DNA of 64,000 nt from Harriotta raleighana (taxonomy: Eukaryota). The stretch is taken from positions 1,338,751 through 1,402,750 of the forward strand of contig JBNZDD010013687.1 of assembly GCA_050575255.1 (NCBI GenBank), in the 5' to 3' direction. Position numbers and translations under genes: made by a program. Shown piece by piece: positions 27,488 through 40,818 of this stretch; position 1 is the stretch's first letter; each line of letters starts with the position of its first letter. The notes below the pieces were generated by a model, which did not search any database, was not told the DNA's origin, and worked only from the letters and a program-made list of their open reading frames with translations.

Positions 27488-30026
27488 AGATGATGCATAT
27501 TATTTGCCAGAGTTAACCAATGGAAAAAGAGGCATGCACCTTTAAGTGTAAAAGTACCTTATTATGAGCACAGAATCGCATACCTACATCATTACCATCC
27601 ACGGTTAGGACAGCTTTAATTTGCAGTTGGTAATTTGTCACTGGAAACTCACCATGATTAGTCTTCTTATTGGACCAGCAGTTTTTAATGTGGTGTGAAT
27701 TACCTGCTGGGCTTGTTTTTACCACCCATTCAAAGAAGAAAATGACTTACAACTCTGATTTAAATTAAACAGTGGAATACGAAAACAAAGAAGAAGATGG
27801 TTGGGTGTGGGGGAGGGTGAGAAGGAAAATCTCAAAAATCCTCATTTATATATGAAAAAAGAATGAAGTGCTTGACATGGTCAGAGTTGTAATTTACACT
27901 TCTGCCCGACCTGCACCAGATCTTTCAGCTATATCCAAATGGAGCGCATCTCAGCTGTTACCAATTAAATGTTTTTTGCTTTCAAACCAGCCATCATGAA
28001 GCAGCTGAGAATTCAAACAGACTTCTTTTGTGAAACAAAAAAAAATGACTTCGTTTTCTATTTATGTGCGATGCACCACAAAATGTTGCTCTACTTTGTC
28101 TTGTAAGCACAGCTTAGAATTAAAAGGTCTGCTTTCATTGAGCATCAGAAGAGGCTGTTAGGCAATTACACGGCACTTTGTGTGTTCAGTGCATGTTTGC
28201 TAGTGGAGCTCCTCTTGTGTTTGTCACCTTATGGCTTTGATTTCTTTGGTGCAAGGGTTGCTTTTAATTTTGTGCCAACAGCCCCTATAAACAAGTGGTG
28301 CCATAAATGACTGATTACATGTCTTCTCTAACACTAACATTCAGAGGATGTTTTATTTTCTGCTTGATTTCAGTTCCTTTTGCGTTCAAAAGTAAATCGA
28401 TGCTTCTTCCTTTAACGTGTCTCCCCGGTGAAGAGGATCTTCAGAAATTGTTGTAAAATACTGTACAACAATGTGGTGCCATCTGGCCCTAATCATTGCT
28501 GGTGTGCATACATCAGGATAATCGTTTAATTTAATTTAAGAATCTACTGAAGTATATAATAATTCTCTACTTCTCATTGCTTATCATAATCCTCGCAATG
28601 TTATCAATCAGGAACCTTTGTCAGATCTCCTGCATTGCAAGTGGCAAATAGTTTCACTGCATTAAGCACCCCTCGTACCTTACATTTTGTAAGCATCGAT
28701 TTGATGCAAAATCTGCAGTTATAAAAGCAAATTCTGACATGGGACATGACTTTGCTGAAACCCACCTGCATGGCTTCAGACACAAATCAATGTGATTGAC
28801 TACAGTATATTGATTCCACAATTCTGTTCTCCCCTTGTCTGGTATCAAGCCATCATAAACAATCTAAGAAAAGGTGCCAACATTATGTGCATGGGTATCT
28901 GTTGCAACCTAATTTTTCTCTGGCAATATCTTTTGTTCAATTTCCTTTAAACAACTAACTTTTTTTTCATTCTACTGGGGCATGGTTCCATGGACATGGG
29001 CCATTCATGTTTGTTCAGAACTGTTGCATCAAGTGCGAGATTGAATGACGTGAGTGGGCAATATAAATACACTCTATCTAACACATACTGCTCTGCTGTC
29101 CGAAGCCAAGTGACAAAGAACGGAGTAACAAACTGAGGGATAACACTGAGTGAAGAGGAGGAAGGTGGAGGAAAATCACAGCGTTAAGTTTTAACTGTAA
29201 TTTTAACAGCAGAGAAAAAAGAACACTTTGACAGTGATGAAAATAGCATCAAATGCTACCCATAGTGAATGTAGGCATACTTAGCAGTTATTATTTAATC
29301 CCTTTGTGTCTTTAGTTAGTGTTTTACTCTGTAGTACCTGGGTGGCCACAGTAACATTGTGTCAGTGACCTTCAAACCGCAAATGGAGTTTACTTTGTTA
29401 CAGGATCACTGCTTATGTTAACAAGACAATCACATTGCCCTCTGAGAATTACAGAACCTCTGACCGCCCTAAGGGACCCTGACGTCTAGCTAAACCCAAC
29501 TCCAAATGAATGAAATCTATCCTCTGGGAGAGATCATCTGGAATATGTGATGTAGACCACTGAAATCGTTCTCAAGTAAATGGTTTGATTTTCGAACAGA
29601 CGATCAACACCACTAACCACCCTGGAGATGAGAAATTAACAGTAAGCCCTTCTTCATTGGGGGTGTAGGGGGAAATGATCGACCCCAAAGATCACTAGCC
29701 ACACTCCGAACAAATGGAAACAAAAAAGAATGTACATTTAATGTGGTTTATAATCATTGTAAACATCTGGCTATTTGACAATGTACAATTCGGTAGAGAA
29801 CACAGTAGCCAGTCGAATACGGTATTACAATTAATGTCAGTGTTAGTTCCATAAATAACCAATTGTGCACCAGAATGGAAAAAAATTACAGACAGCTCCA
29901 TATGGTCTATCGCACTGACAGTTACACATAAAAGAGCGTGGAACCTGTTCCCAGTTCGTTTATCGACAAATTCCTCAGGTGGGCTGTCCTCAGGCGAAAT
30001 AGCAATCAAGTAAGACAGAGATGATC

Positions 30027-30330
30027 ATTATAATAAAATTCTTGTATTTGATATCGTGCTTTTCATATCTTCTACACATCTCAATATGCTTCACAGAATA
30101 CACTGTAAAGTGAAGTTACTGTATATTTCTGGGCGAAACGCGGCAGCCAATTGTGCACAGCAGTATCCCACTAATAGTCGTGGATTGAAATGAACAATTT
30201 ATTATTGTTTTTTTTTCTTGAGGGATTATTATCAGTGGAGTATGGAAAGTTACCCAAGATTTTGCCCTGCCTAGAATCGAACCCAGATCTCTCACTTGGA
30301 AGGCAAGTGCTCTAACCATGGAGTCTAACT
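30027..30330 (-). mobile_element. Near full-length tRNA-derived SINE (same family as 12450)
   Basis: Reverse complement reads ...atggttagagcacttgccttccaagtgagagatctgggttcgattctagg (B box), then the same body and tail. Confidence 0.9.
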
Positions 30331-30419
30331 GTATGAATCACAACCTGGATTAATTTCTGCATGGTTTGCAAATGTCAGGTTCCACGATTCGCAACTGGTG
30401 AATTGCAGACTGCAAATCC

Positions 30420-30685
30420 AAGAAACCTGCCGTTGTTTCCTCAGGCTTTTTTCCATTCTGCTCCCACTCTCTGTAATCCTATCCCTTGCTTCTCCTTCTC
30501 TCTCCTAAAGTTCACCTCAAGATTGACCACTTTTAGTTTTTTAGTCGCACTTTTAGTCATCTTTCCCCTCTCCACTCTCTTCAGCTCCCACCTCCCCTTC
30601 AGCTCAAATGCCAGCAGTGTAAAATCACTTTGAGATGGCCTCCCAATGGGAAAGGCTCCGTTTAAGTATAAATTATATTGTTAGG
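30420..30685 (+). mobile_element. Decayed L2 3' fragment
   Basis: ORF text QAFFHSAPTLCNPIP...LKFTSR (cf. RAFSHSAPTLWNSLP); C/T-rich UTR; degenerate tail. Confidence 0.65.
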
Positions 30686-30689
30686 TATG

Positions 30690-31031
30690 TATAGCATGGC
30701 AAGCTTGATTCCCAGATCATCCTGCATGAGTTGTTCACAGGATAGAAGTAACTGAGAATGCTCCAGTTTGCCTCAGCACCCTGGGTTATAGAAAGGAATA
30801 CAGCCGTGATTTCTGTGCCTGATTATTATCTGGACCCCTTCAAGCATTGACAGTGGGTAAGCACCCAGCCAGACTCAGTGTCAAATAGTGCACCAACACT
30901 CAGGGTCGAGCACTGTGTAAATAATGGTCACTTGAGGAAGGTATTGTAGGTTGCTTAGTACCCATAGAATCATGCCCAGGAGAAGGAAAATAGGTGGCAG
31001 AAGCTAAGAAGGCGGAAAAGGGAAAAAAAAA
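30690..31031 (+). mobile_element. Old SINE-like interspersed repeat ending in an A-rich tail
   Basis: aatggtcacttgaggaaggtattgtagg...cccatagaatcatgccc resembles an ancient shark repeat I recall; family not assignable. Confidence 0.35.
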
Positions 31032-32602
31032 CTGGAGATGAGAAATTAACAGAAAAAAGCCACAAAAGATTTCAAAGCAGGGTTTGATAATTTTTATTTA
31101 TTTAAGAGCTAATGATTATGGAGAAAAATGCCTGAGTGTGTCTATAGTACATGTCTAGCTGTACAAAAGCAGCTTTCTTTATTCTCTTGCTGAATATATG
31201 CCAATCCGTAACTTAGCACATTTATTTACTCAATATTTTTCCTGAGAAGATACACTTGCTTTTTGATTTCTTTTCAAATGTTTTGAAAAATACTACTTTT
31301 ACCTTGATAGTCTTGCTTAAAAGCTCAGTCTTTCACTAGTCCCCAATAAATCTTACAATGCTGTGTCACTTTTCCATCTTTCAAAAGGTTGTAATAGACA
31401 GGTTTTGCATTTAATCTTTTTTGGCACCATTTTAAAAGGTTACAGATGGCTCGGCCAAACTAAACTATTATTTAGTGTTTGAGTGTAATGTCAGTCTCAT
31501 TTTGTTTTCAGTATTGTTTGCACTTCGCCTTTGTAAAAGGTTCTTGATTGAGCTATACAGGAGCAGATATTTCTATCGTTCTGTGTGATCAATGAAGATG
31601 TGTTTACCAGGCCTAGGACACAATGTACACTCTGCAATAATGGCTTTTAGTCTCTTTGTTGACGGAAAGCTTTTTCTATGTAACTTGTCAATCTCGCAAC
31701 TGTTACTTGATTGCAATATGAGACACTGTTAGTATAGCTAAGAAACAAATAATTCTCTCTATCAAACTGAAACTAATATACGAAAAGTCAAGCAGTATAT
31801 TTATTCACACTAAGTTATTGAATTGTTTGCCTAATGTTTCTATTTTGAAACATATTTTACAAATAATGTAGAAATGTACCGTATTGAAGCATGCCTTTTC
31901 AGTCCAACTATCATGAATATACATTCCAACACTGTCCTTTCTCCTTAGAATAAATTGTTTTCGCTCCCGCCCCGCGGCAAAGCAACTGTGTTCTTTGAGT
32001 TCTCTAACCCATTGAGGGATCATGACAACAGCAGTTTAATAAGATAAGTATTGCCATGATGGATATGATTATTTCAGAACTGAAGGACAAGTGTTTTTAG
32101 TTCCTGGGAAAATACACTTATCTCTGTTGGCGCTTGTAAGATCCGTAAGATTCATCGAAAATCAGGATCAAGGATGTACAAAGTCAATAACTGTTCTCAG
32201 TAATGAATATCAAGCAATCTAGAATCCTAAATATTGTACCATCTTTTTTTTGATTCAAAGCGTAACAAGATACAATTTGAATAAACATTTCTTAAGGTCT
32301 GAAAGTCTGTGTTCTAGACAGATTTAGGTACTTTCACTGCCTTGCTGCTCTCTCCGTGTTTTGCATTTGTCAAGCACGGTACTTAAAGCCATCAAAGCCT
32401 TTCTAACCTCCCCCACTTGCATGCAGAAATTAATTTTCAAAAAAGGGTGTGTTTAATCTGCATGAACTGGATTACTAATGAAAGTTCCTAACTAAATCTT
32501 CAAGAAGCGCCCATTGATCATTCCTCCATACAGCTACTGCTCTCTGCTCATTTGTACGAGTCAAGATAAAAATCCAAACGGTGGAATAATTATCACATTT
32601 TC

Positions 32603-33517
32603 ACTAAACTAGGAGATTCAGTAAATTGTGTAGATGATAGTAGGAAGTTATCAAGGGATTGAGACTGATTAAGTGAGCGGGCAAAGTTGTGGCAGATGGA
32701 GTTCAATGTAGAGAAGTGCGAGGTCAACCACTATAGACTGAAAAAAGATAAAGCAGAATATTTTCTTAATGGGGAGAGATTAAGAACTGGAGGAGCAAAG
32801 AGATTTGGGTGTCCATATCCACAAACTAATAAAAACCAATTCTCAGGTGCAAAAAGTAGTTAAAATGTCTGATGGAATGTTGGCCTTGACATCAAGAGGC
32901 TTGGATATAAAGGGGAAGAAGGGGCAAGAAATGATGCTTCAGCTACATAGAGCGTTAGTCAGATCCCACCTGGAGTACAGCATTCAGTTTTGGGCACACC
33001 TCAAGGAAAGATATATTGGTCCTCGAAGGGGTTGCAGCACAGCTTCACCAGAGGTGTTACCAGGCCTAAAAGAGTTGTTACGAGGAAAGGCTGCGTAAAC
33101 GTGGATTGTATTTCCTCGAGTTTAGAAGGTTGAGGGGTGATTTGATTGATGTATTTAAGATGATAAAGGGATTTGATAGGGTAGCTACAGAGAAACTATT
33201 TCCTCTGGTGGGGGAATCCAAAAGAAGGGGCCACCAAATTAGAATCAGGCCATCTAAGAGTGAAATCAGGAAGCATTTTTTCCTCTCAACGTGTGGTAGA
33301 AATCTGAAATTCTCTCCCCCAAAAGACGATGGGTTGCTGGATCCACACACACCTTCAGGAAGTGAGGTTGATAGATTTTTGGTAGGTCAGGATATTAAGG
33401 GATATGTGGAGAAAGCGGGAAATTGGAGTTGAAAGGATTAGTTGAGGCACAGATCAGCCATGATCTAATTAAATGGTGGAACAGGCTTGAAGGGCTGAAT
33501 GGCCTACTCCTATGTTC
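32603..33517 (+). mobile_element. 5'-truncated CR1 LINE: RT C-terminal region and 3' UTR (frameshifted)
   Basis: KLWQMEFNVEKCEV, LVRSHLEYSIQFW and LEFRRLRGDLIDVFKMIKGFDRV...LFPL...RGH are CR1 hallmarks; shark-type UTR gatcagccatgatcta...gaagggctgaatggcctactcctatgttc. Confidence 0.95.
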
Positions 33518-35074
33518 ATAACGGAAAAACAATAAGAATTTCTTGTTAAATAATTGCTTTGAGTAATAATGCAGTTTACAAAAATCTTCACTCACGGTGC
33601 TTAATCTGCAACCAATGCAACTTTTCTAACTGATAACCACTTTCCCCATGTTTAACAGTTAATTGTCACGAGCAAAATAAAACCTGGCTATCATGCAGCA
33701 CAGAACTGCTCCCAAATGTCACTCTTTGATGTTGTCTCAACACCAGAGGGCTGAATGCTGACAGCAACATGCCACCTGGTCCGGTTGACAGTGTTGTTCA
33801 CGATCTACTCTGTTCCGTGCTGTGCAGAGGAGGTGCAAAGTATTCCCCCAATTCTGCTTCAATCAAGAATTCATACTTTCTACTGTCGGCGAAGGTGAAA
33901 CTCAAACTATTCTATTTTCTATTGCATTAAGCTCAGCCCCTAATGTGCCTTCTTGATAAAAAAAACTAGGAGATATTAAGAGTGAAATTAAATTTGTACT
34001 GAAATCTTCAGGTTATAGATGCAAGTGCACATTTTCAAGTGAATAATTCACCCCCAACCCAAGATTATGACTTTAGCATTCTATAAATTAATGCTTCCTT
34101 CATGTTATCAACAACAGCATGTATAGACCCATATATTTTATATGAAGCCATGATTTTGTTAAACTGTGTTCTCTGATAGTTAAATTGCAGCTATTCACAC
34201 GTGTCAGTTAGGTGGCAAAAGTTGTGTGTGCCTTTTTGTTTTGACAAGTTTGCCTTTGTGTCTTTCAGGGATTTTTTTTTAGAAATATATACACCTGTCA
34301 TTCTACCAACATCTCTGGGAAATAAACCTTTCACTAAGACATACCTATATGTGCTCAGCATATCCCCATACCTACAGCCTATTTTACTAATCATCGTCGT
34401 TCAGAGACATTGATGTGGTACTATACTTTTTTGTCAATGGTCTCTTAAACAGACACATCGTTTTAAGATAAGTTTTAGCAATTTTACATTAAGTGTCTAT
34501 GTACCTCCATGTAATGTGTTCAATACTGCCTGTATCTAAGAAGCCTTAAGCAAAAATGTACAAGTGTGAGACATCTCATGATTGTGATGCAAAACTCGGT
34601 GACAGGTTTTAACACTGGTGGTACAGCCTTCTGAAGGGTGCTGAAATATGCAGTCAAGATGCAGTCCTTCTGTAGTGTATGCTGTGGTTCATTAAGATTT
34701 TCTTTGATAATATGTATAATTTGGGCATGAAAGGTAAATAATGATTTACAGGCTTACACATCAACACACAACACTTTTCTTATTAATGTGGTGATGAGTT
34801 TAGTGGAGTTCCAAGCTGTCAGCTTAGTGGACAGGTACTGGTTAGTAATTTATTGCAGAAACTGCTTCGCTTTGAAGATGTAACACTCTGCTCTACTGTG
34901 TTCTTGGAGCACTTCTGCTCAATGAAGTGGAGCTGTGTGTTACTTAATTACTTTATTTGCTTAAATACATACTACTTTCTCTCCTCTCTGTATAATACGA
35001 GTTTTCCATTTGAAAACTAATTTTCAAATCTTTTGAAAGGAGAAGGGAATTTCTACTGGTGTCCTTACCACCAG

Positions 35075-35245
35075 TCCTCTAGATTAATTGGTCATTCACC
35101 TCACAGCTGCTTGTGGGATCATGAGGGGGGCAAATAGCTCTTGTGTTTACCTTACAAAAACAGTCACAACACCTCATGGAAATTGCTTGTGAAATGTTTA
35201 GAGACATTTCAACATGATAAGATGTTCTAAAAATACACATTCTTT
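35075..35245 (-). mobile_element. Deu/L2-tailed SINE 3' fragment
   Basis: ttggtcattcacctcacagctgcttgtgggatc...gtgaaatgtttagagacatttc...gataagatgttctaaaaatacaca resembles SINE 3' halves elsewhere in the window. The quoted text is + strand, so orientation is uncertain and may be +. Confidence 0.5.
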
Positions 35246-38200
35246 TTTCCTTTCTTTTAAATTGAATTGACACAAATTCTGCAATATGACTGTACCTTCA
35301 GTGTCAAATTAAGAACCCCAGGTTGGTGATCCAAGGACATTTGCTGCTGTTTAGTTCAATTAATAATCTGTGAGGAACCAGTATTGGCAAACCCATGCTC
35401 TGCAAAGTCCTGGCCAACATTTTCCTAGTTAAAATTGTAACTCACTTCTGTTTAAAACAGCCTTTCCTTTCACCAACTGAAGAGTGAGGGGATAGATAAA
35501 TTGCTCAGTCTCTTGGCTTGGCTAAAAGCTGGCAGAATTCACCGAAACAGAGTCAGCAAGTTGAAGTGACAAAAGGATTCTGACTCAAACTAGTTGAGTC
35601 TTCTGGTTGGGAATAAATTACATCTAGGTAATGGGTCGCTAGCCAGATTATTCTAAATGGTTTAGAACAGAATTAGAAGCACTATAATACAGTCTAGCTG
35701 CACCGAATTAAGATTCAATTGAATTTTTATTTAATGCAATCTACATTTTTATATCTAACAGAACACTGTATGAATACCCTGTTGGTTATAAATTATATTC
35801 ATTCTTTTGGAAGCATAATGAAAAAGCAATAAAGGTCTTTTTAATGTTATTTTCCCTCTTTTCTTGTATCCCTTGTGTGTGATGCTGAATGGCTTTGAAC
35901 GGTGACAACATAGAGTCCTGTTTTGAACAGTGTTGCCTTTAGCTCACAGAATACAGTACAGTATATGAAACATATGCAGAGGTGCTTCAGAATTCACTGA
36001 AACACACTGCTCAATGATTTGGCAAAAGCCTTTAAAGCCATGGACTGCTTTACCCTGTTTGTTGAATATCTGTGCAGAACAGTCTCATTTAACCCATAAG
36101 AGCAAGTTTACAAGTGGATCCTATTATCATGTCACAACCATGAAAACCAGAGACATGAACGAACGTGTTGTGCAAGTACAGCACAAGCATTGACAATTAG
36201 GCTTGACTGGGCAGCGGGAGAATGTGAGTCCGAATATAAACTGTGCATTTAGGTTAAGTTTAATGGTGCAATCAGTTTTACATGCAATTTGATAGGTTCC
36301 TGCTGTGATACTTGATGTTGTATTTACTTGCAATGGAAAAAGTGGGTTCATGTTCCTGCACGTTTTACATGAACACTCATAGCAGCTGAACTCCAGGTTT
36401 TCCCCCTTCAGCTTATGGCAGATGTCCAACGCTCCATACTTATTAAACCTTTAACCTCCTGATGACTTGGGTATCTGCCTTTCTGGAAAGTTACACTGGG
36501 ATAAAATATCTGCTTCTGAGGCAGCGGGTAGAGGTTCAAAATATTCCCACCTTGCATTCATGTGGGCATTAAGGAAAGAAGATTTACATTGTGAGAAACC
36601 CAATCAATAGCAACGCATCTGATACTTATAGTGTTTGCAAGTCAATAAGAGGAACTTGACATTCCTGTAATTCGATTTTCATGCAGTGTCACTTTGCAGA
36701 TCAGTAACATGTAGTGAATAGCACACTAATACTAATTGCATGTCCACGCCTCTATTTGAATGCTAAATATCAGTATTCAACCAAGTTTGCAGGTCTATGG
36801 TTCACATGAATTCCACATGGCATTCAGCAACATTTCGGCAGCTGTACACTGTTTCCACAATACCTCAGTTTGTGAATACTCCACCAATACAAAAGCTCTG
36901 CATATTTGCCAAAAAATACAATTTTACAGAACTGCAGAAGCTTAGTGACTAAAGGCCTTAGTTTTGCTCAGGCCGCCATTCTGGCTACACGCAAATCTAA
37001 TTCTAAGTGACTTTTTTGTCCACCCAGGCCAATTGGATAAAGCACGATTCATCTGTATTTTGATACAGAGATTATAAACTGCTATAGTAACATAACATTA
37101 CATGTCAATTTCCTCAAGTGTTGCCATATATTTATATATATCGCGTTATATTTTTAAGGAGAATGCATTTTAAAAGTTCAAAGTGCCAGCGAAGAAAACT
37201 ATATAATATATAATATTCAACATTTAAAAATTTTGGAAGCTGTACATTAGATTAATGACCAAGTGATGGAACATGAGACATTGCACTTTCATCCAAAGTA
37301 GCTGCTGTAAGGATAATACAATACTAGGCACCGGTCCAGTCTACCCTATTTAAACTACCAAGTCTACCAAGATCAGCAGTGGATGCCATACCATTCTGAC
37401 TATCCTGAATCGTGTCAAATCATGTATAGTGCACAAGAAGCTGTTCAAGTGACACAGCAGACACTAGGGAACATTGATTCAATACCAGCAAATGGCTGTT
37501 TGATTAAAACCCTCTACTGTAGAATATATAGTGCATTCATACTTGCATGATCTGTGATACAACTGTGGTTTATGACTATTGTATTCCACTTGATTCATCA
37601 TCTTAACAAATACTTTGGCATCTGCAATAATGGTTAAATCAGTTGTGAAGCAAATGGGCTAAATATAGACTATAATAATTACTATTTCAGGAAACGTAAG
37701 CCATATTGTTGATTTTTCCCTTATAGCAAGAGTATTGAAAGTACATACAGTTGTTATTTTAGGCAACAGAAATCCCTACTTGTGGTAACAGAGAAGGAAA
37801 TCGCATTTTAAAAGATTTGGCAAAATGAGATGGGGATTGTTGAATCATAACTGTTATTTCCTGCAGAAACATTAGCAGTCAATGTACACATGGATTCAAA
37901 CCAATTGAACAGTAACACAAGATATCCAGCATTGTCAGTTTTCCACAGGAAAGGGACAAATTGTGAGGGAAAAAAAGAAAGAGACCATTAGAACAATGCA
38001 TTATAAAAAAGAATAAAAGAGAAAGGCACGGGTACAAAATGAAAAATGATAATGCGAAAGACGACAACACACAACAGAATAGATTTTTGCTTTATTTCTG
38101 AGGAACTAGCTCTTCCATCACTCTCCCTTAGCTTTCTTTCCTCTCTGTTCAACCTGTCAGGAAATTAGACACTAACCCTCTCCTCATTATAATACGCTCC

Positions 38201-40761
38201 ACGGAAGCCAAGCATTCTGCACGCTGTAACAAGGCAGGTACTGTAGTGACTGTTGTTCCCTAAATTAACAGAAAATGAAATGGGAAAACATTGGGAATGG
38301 TTCTATAATTTTATAACAGAAATGCGGATTTGTTTTTAATTGTGAGCAGTGTAAAATGATAAAGATAAAGATGAAGAAAACATTGAGAGAACTGGCAGTA
38401 AACAATAGCATTCAGTGTGTTCTTAAAATTGTGTACTACAGTACATACTGCGGTATTTTATCTTTTGTGTTAGATTAAAATTGTCCCAGTCCAACCCCGT
38501 GATGGTCAGTGTGGTAAGGTCTGTGCTTTAATACAGTAGTATCACAAAACCGTCAACACCAAAGTACATTTAAAGATAGAGGATTTGCCCTGCAAAACGA
38601 CAGGCAGTGAAAGACTGGGAATAAATGGCTGTCTGCTCTGTCTGACTGAGGACAGTATTCACCACTTTCTGCACCAACAGCTCCCTGAAAGACTATTGGA
38701 AATTGTTCAGTTAAATCCATAGATGCTAATACACGCACACACACCCGCATGCACACAAACTCATCAAAATTGCAGAATGATAGTTAATCCACAAGAGATT
38801 ATCTCCCTTGGAAAATGGTTGGATCAAGAGTATCAGAAATGGCATTTAATCTATACCCCAAAATAGGCATTTGTGTAGTACTTTATGAACCTTTTAAATA
38901 AACATGTTAAATAGTAATATTAACAAGCACAAAATTAGGCACCAATGCATCAGTCACACTTGACACTTGAATATGTAAGGAGCTGCAGATGTATTTCAAA
39001 AACATAGCTAATCCAGGATAGCTAATACAGGAGCAAATTACAACAACACAAAGTGAAATAACGGGGATGAAGTCTGACAACACTCGATAATGGCCACTTG
39101 AGTAAGATATTAGAAGAAGAGAAAACTTGGGTTGACAACCCCCACCCATCCCATTCACTTTGGACAAACAAGTTCTTCCCACATCTATTACTTGAGATCA
39201 GTCGCTGCAGGCAACAAGGAGCATTAGTGGTAAGAAAAAGAAAACACCATACATTTCTCCCATCAGAAACTTCTGACAGTTTTCTCTCATCATGGGTATC
39301 GTCCAACAGAGTGGGTCCCACGCCATCAAGGTGGCAACCCTCTGTCAGACGATCACTTCATCTTGAAATCTTTGGGAGAGGTTTGATGGCATGCATTTCA
39401 AGTTTGACCTTTTGCAGGGTTCAACCAACTGCGGTTTGATAGACACAAGCAGATAAATGACTGGACTGAATTAGAATTTTGCCGTGATCTGTGATCTCTT
39501 ATTTCACCTGGTTTGCCAAGCCACCCAAGCCATGGCCTATCAAACTTCTCGGGATGAAATAACAGGAGCATCAGGGACAGAAGATTAGTCCGGTGATTCT
39601 GCTGTTTGTGCTGTCCCTAGAGAAACGTCATGCCAGTCTGAGGTTATAACTGGCAGTGAGTGAGATTCCAGGCTCACAACTGAGCATGTTCATAAACACC
39701 TTTGAGTCTGGACCTGGTTTAAAATTAAATGGAAAACACACGTGGTTTGCCTTTGGGATCAAAATAATTTTTAAAAATTAACACTTTAAAACGTGCTTGG
39801 AAGTTTCCATCATCAATGAATCACGGTTTAAATAATTGAGTATTTCAACAGATTACTGCATGTGACAAGATAAAAGGTAAACAGTGCGAGAGGAAAGATC
39901 CAGGTCATAAAGTAACTGAAGCAGCACCCTTCACATCAACATACACACATGACATAAAACCAGTCCACTTTTCCTTCTTATAGAGTAGACACTACGTATG
40001 ACACTAGTAAATTGCACTTTGAGATGTCCTACGATGTGAAAGGAACTATACCAAATGTAAGGATCATTCTAAATTAACCATATCTTATGGTCTGAAGAAA
40101 ATTTATGTTATAATAACATCAGCATACTGACAATAGCTGGGCAATGCCTAATATTGCTTAAAATATGCCTAATATTGCTGAAAACCCCACAGAGATGATA
40201 CAGTATGTGTATAGCATTCATTGAGCTTTCAGTCTGGCAGTTGTATTGTATTGAAGTTTTGTAAGTAACAAAGGATTATTGCAGGAAAAAGTTTCACTGT
40301 CAAAAGCTCATCATTGCAATCTGTTCCATGGTTAGTCGTAGATAATGTAACATGGCACTTGGGCCTCGCAATATTTCAGCTCTGTTTACCTGAATGACAT
40401 TAAGCAGAATGTGCTACAAGCATGATATTTAAGGTGTGGCTTCAAAATTAACAAATTATATTTTTTCTGAAGCATTTAATGGAAATCAGCAGCAAAAAGA
40501 CAGTCAGTGCTTTTGCAATTAAAAGCGTGCTTGCACCATCTGTGCAAAATATGAATTGATTTTCTTTAAATAATTGCAAATATGTTTCTCCCACGTTTTT
40601 CGATAGGTCAACAATAGCAAGCTCCTTTAACTGCACATATCAGTTACATGGAACGCATACTGGGTAACAAACAATGATTTTGCATTTGCAAGTTGGAGCT
40701 GCCTATTAGCAAGAACGTCTAGTTTTAGAATTGTAGAATCCTATTACCTTAATTACCTTAC

Positions 40762-40818
40762 CCTTCGAAAGGGTAAGGACAAGGAGACAAGGGGGGAGAA
40801 AAAATCTCATCTTCACTG
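40762..40818 (-). CDS. Candidate 57-nt (or 54-nt, CAGCAG) symmetric phase-2 exon
   Basis: ctgac branch-like site, ctattgcag|cag acceptor, AAGG|gtaagg donor; encodes SEDEIFSPPLSPCPYPFE(G). Confidence 0.35.

Noticed and set aside
27653-27703. 51-nt minus exon VIHTTLKTAGPIRRLIM with ATG|gtgagt donor
   Set aside because: Acceptor context is purine-rich (aaaaacaagcccagcag); a donor alone is within background frequency.
22250-39338. hAT-like termini CAGGGTGGCCAG (22250) and GGTGGCAACCCT (39329) as one element
   Set aside because: About 17 kb apart, imperfect match, and no 8-bp target duplication seen.
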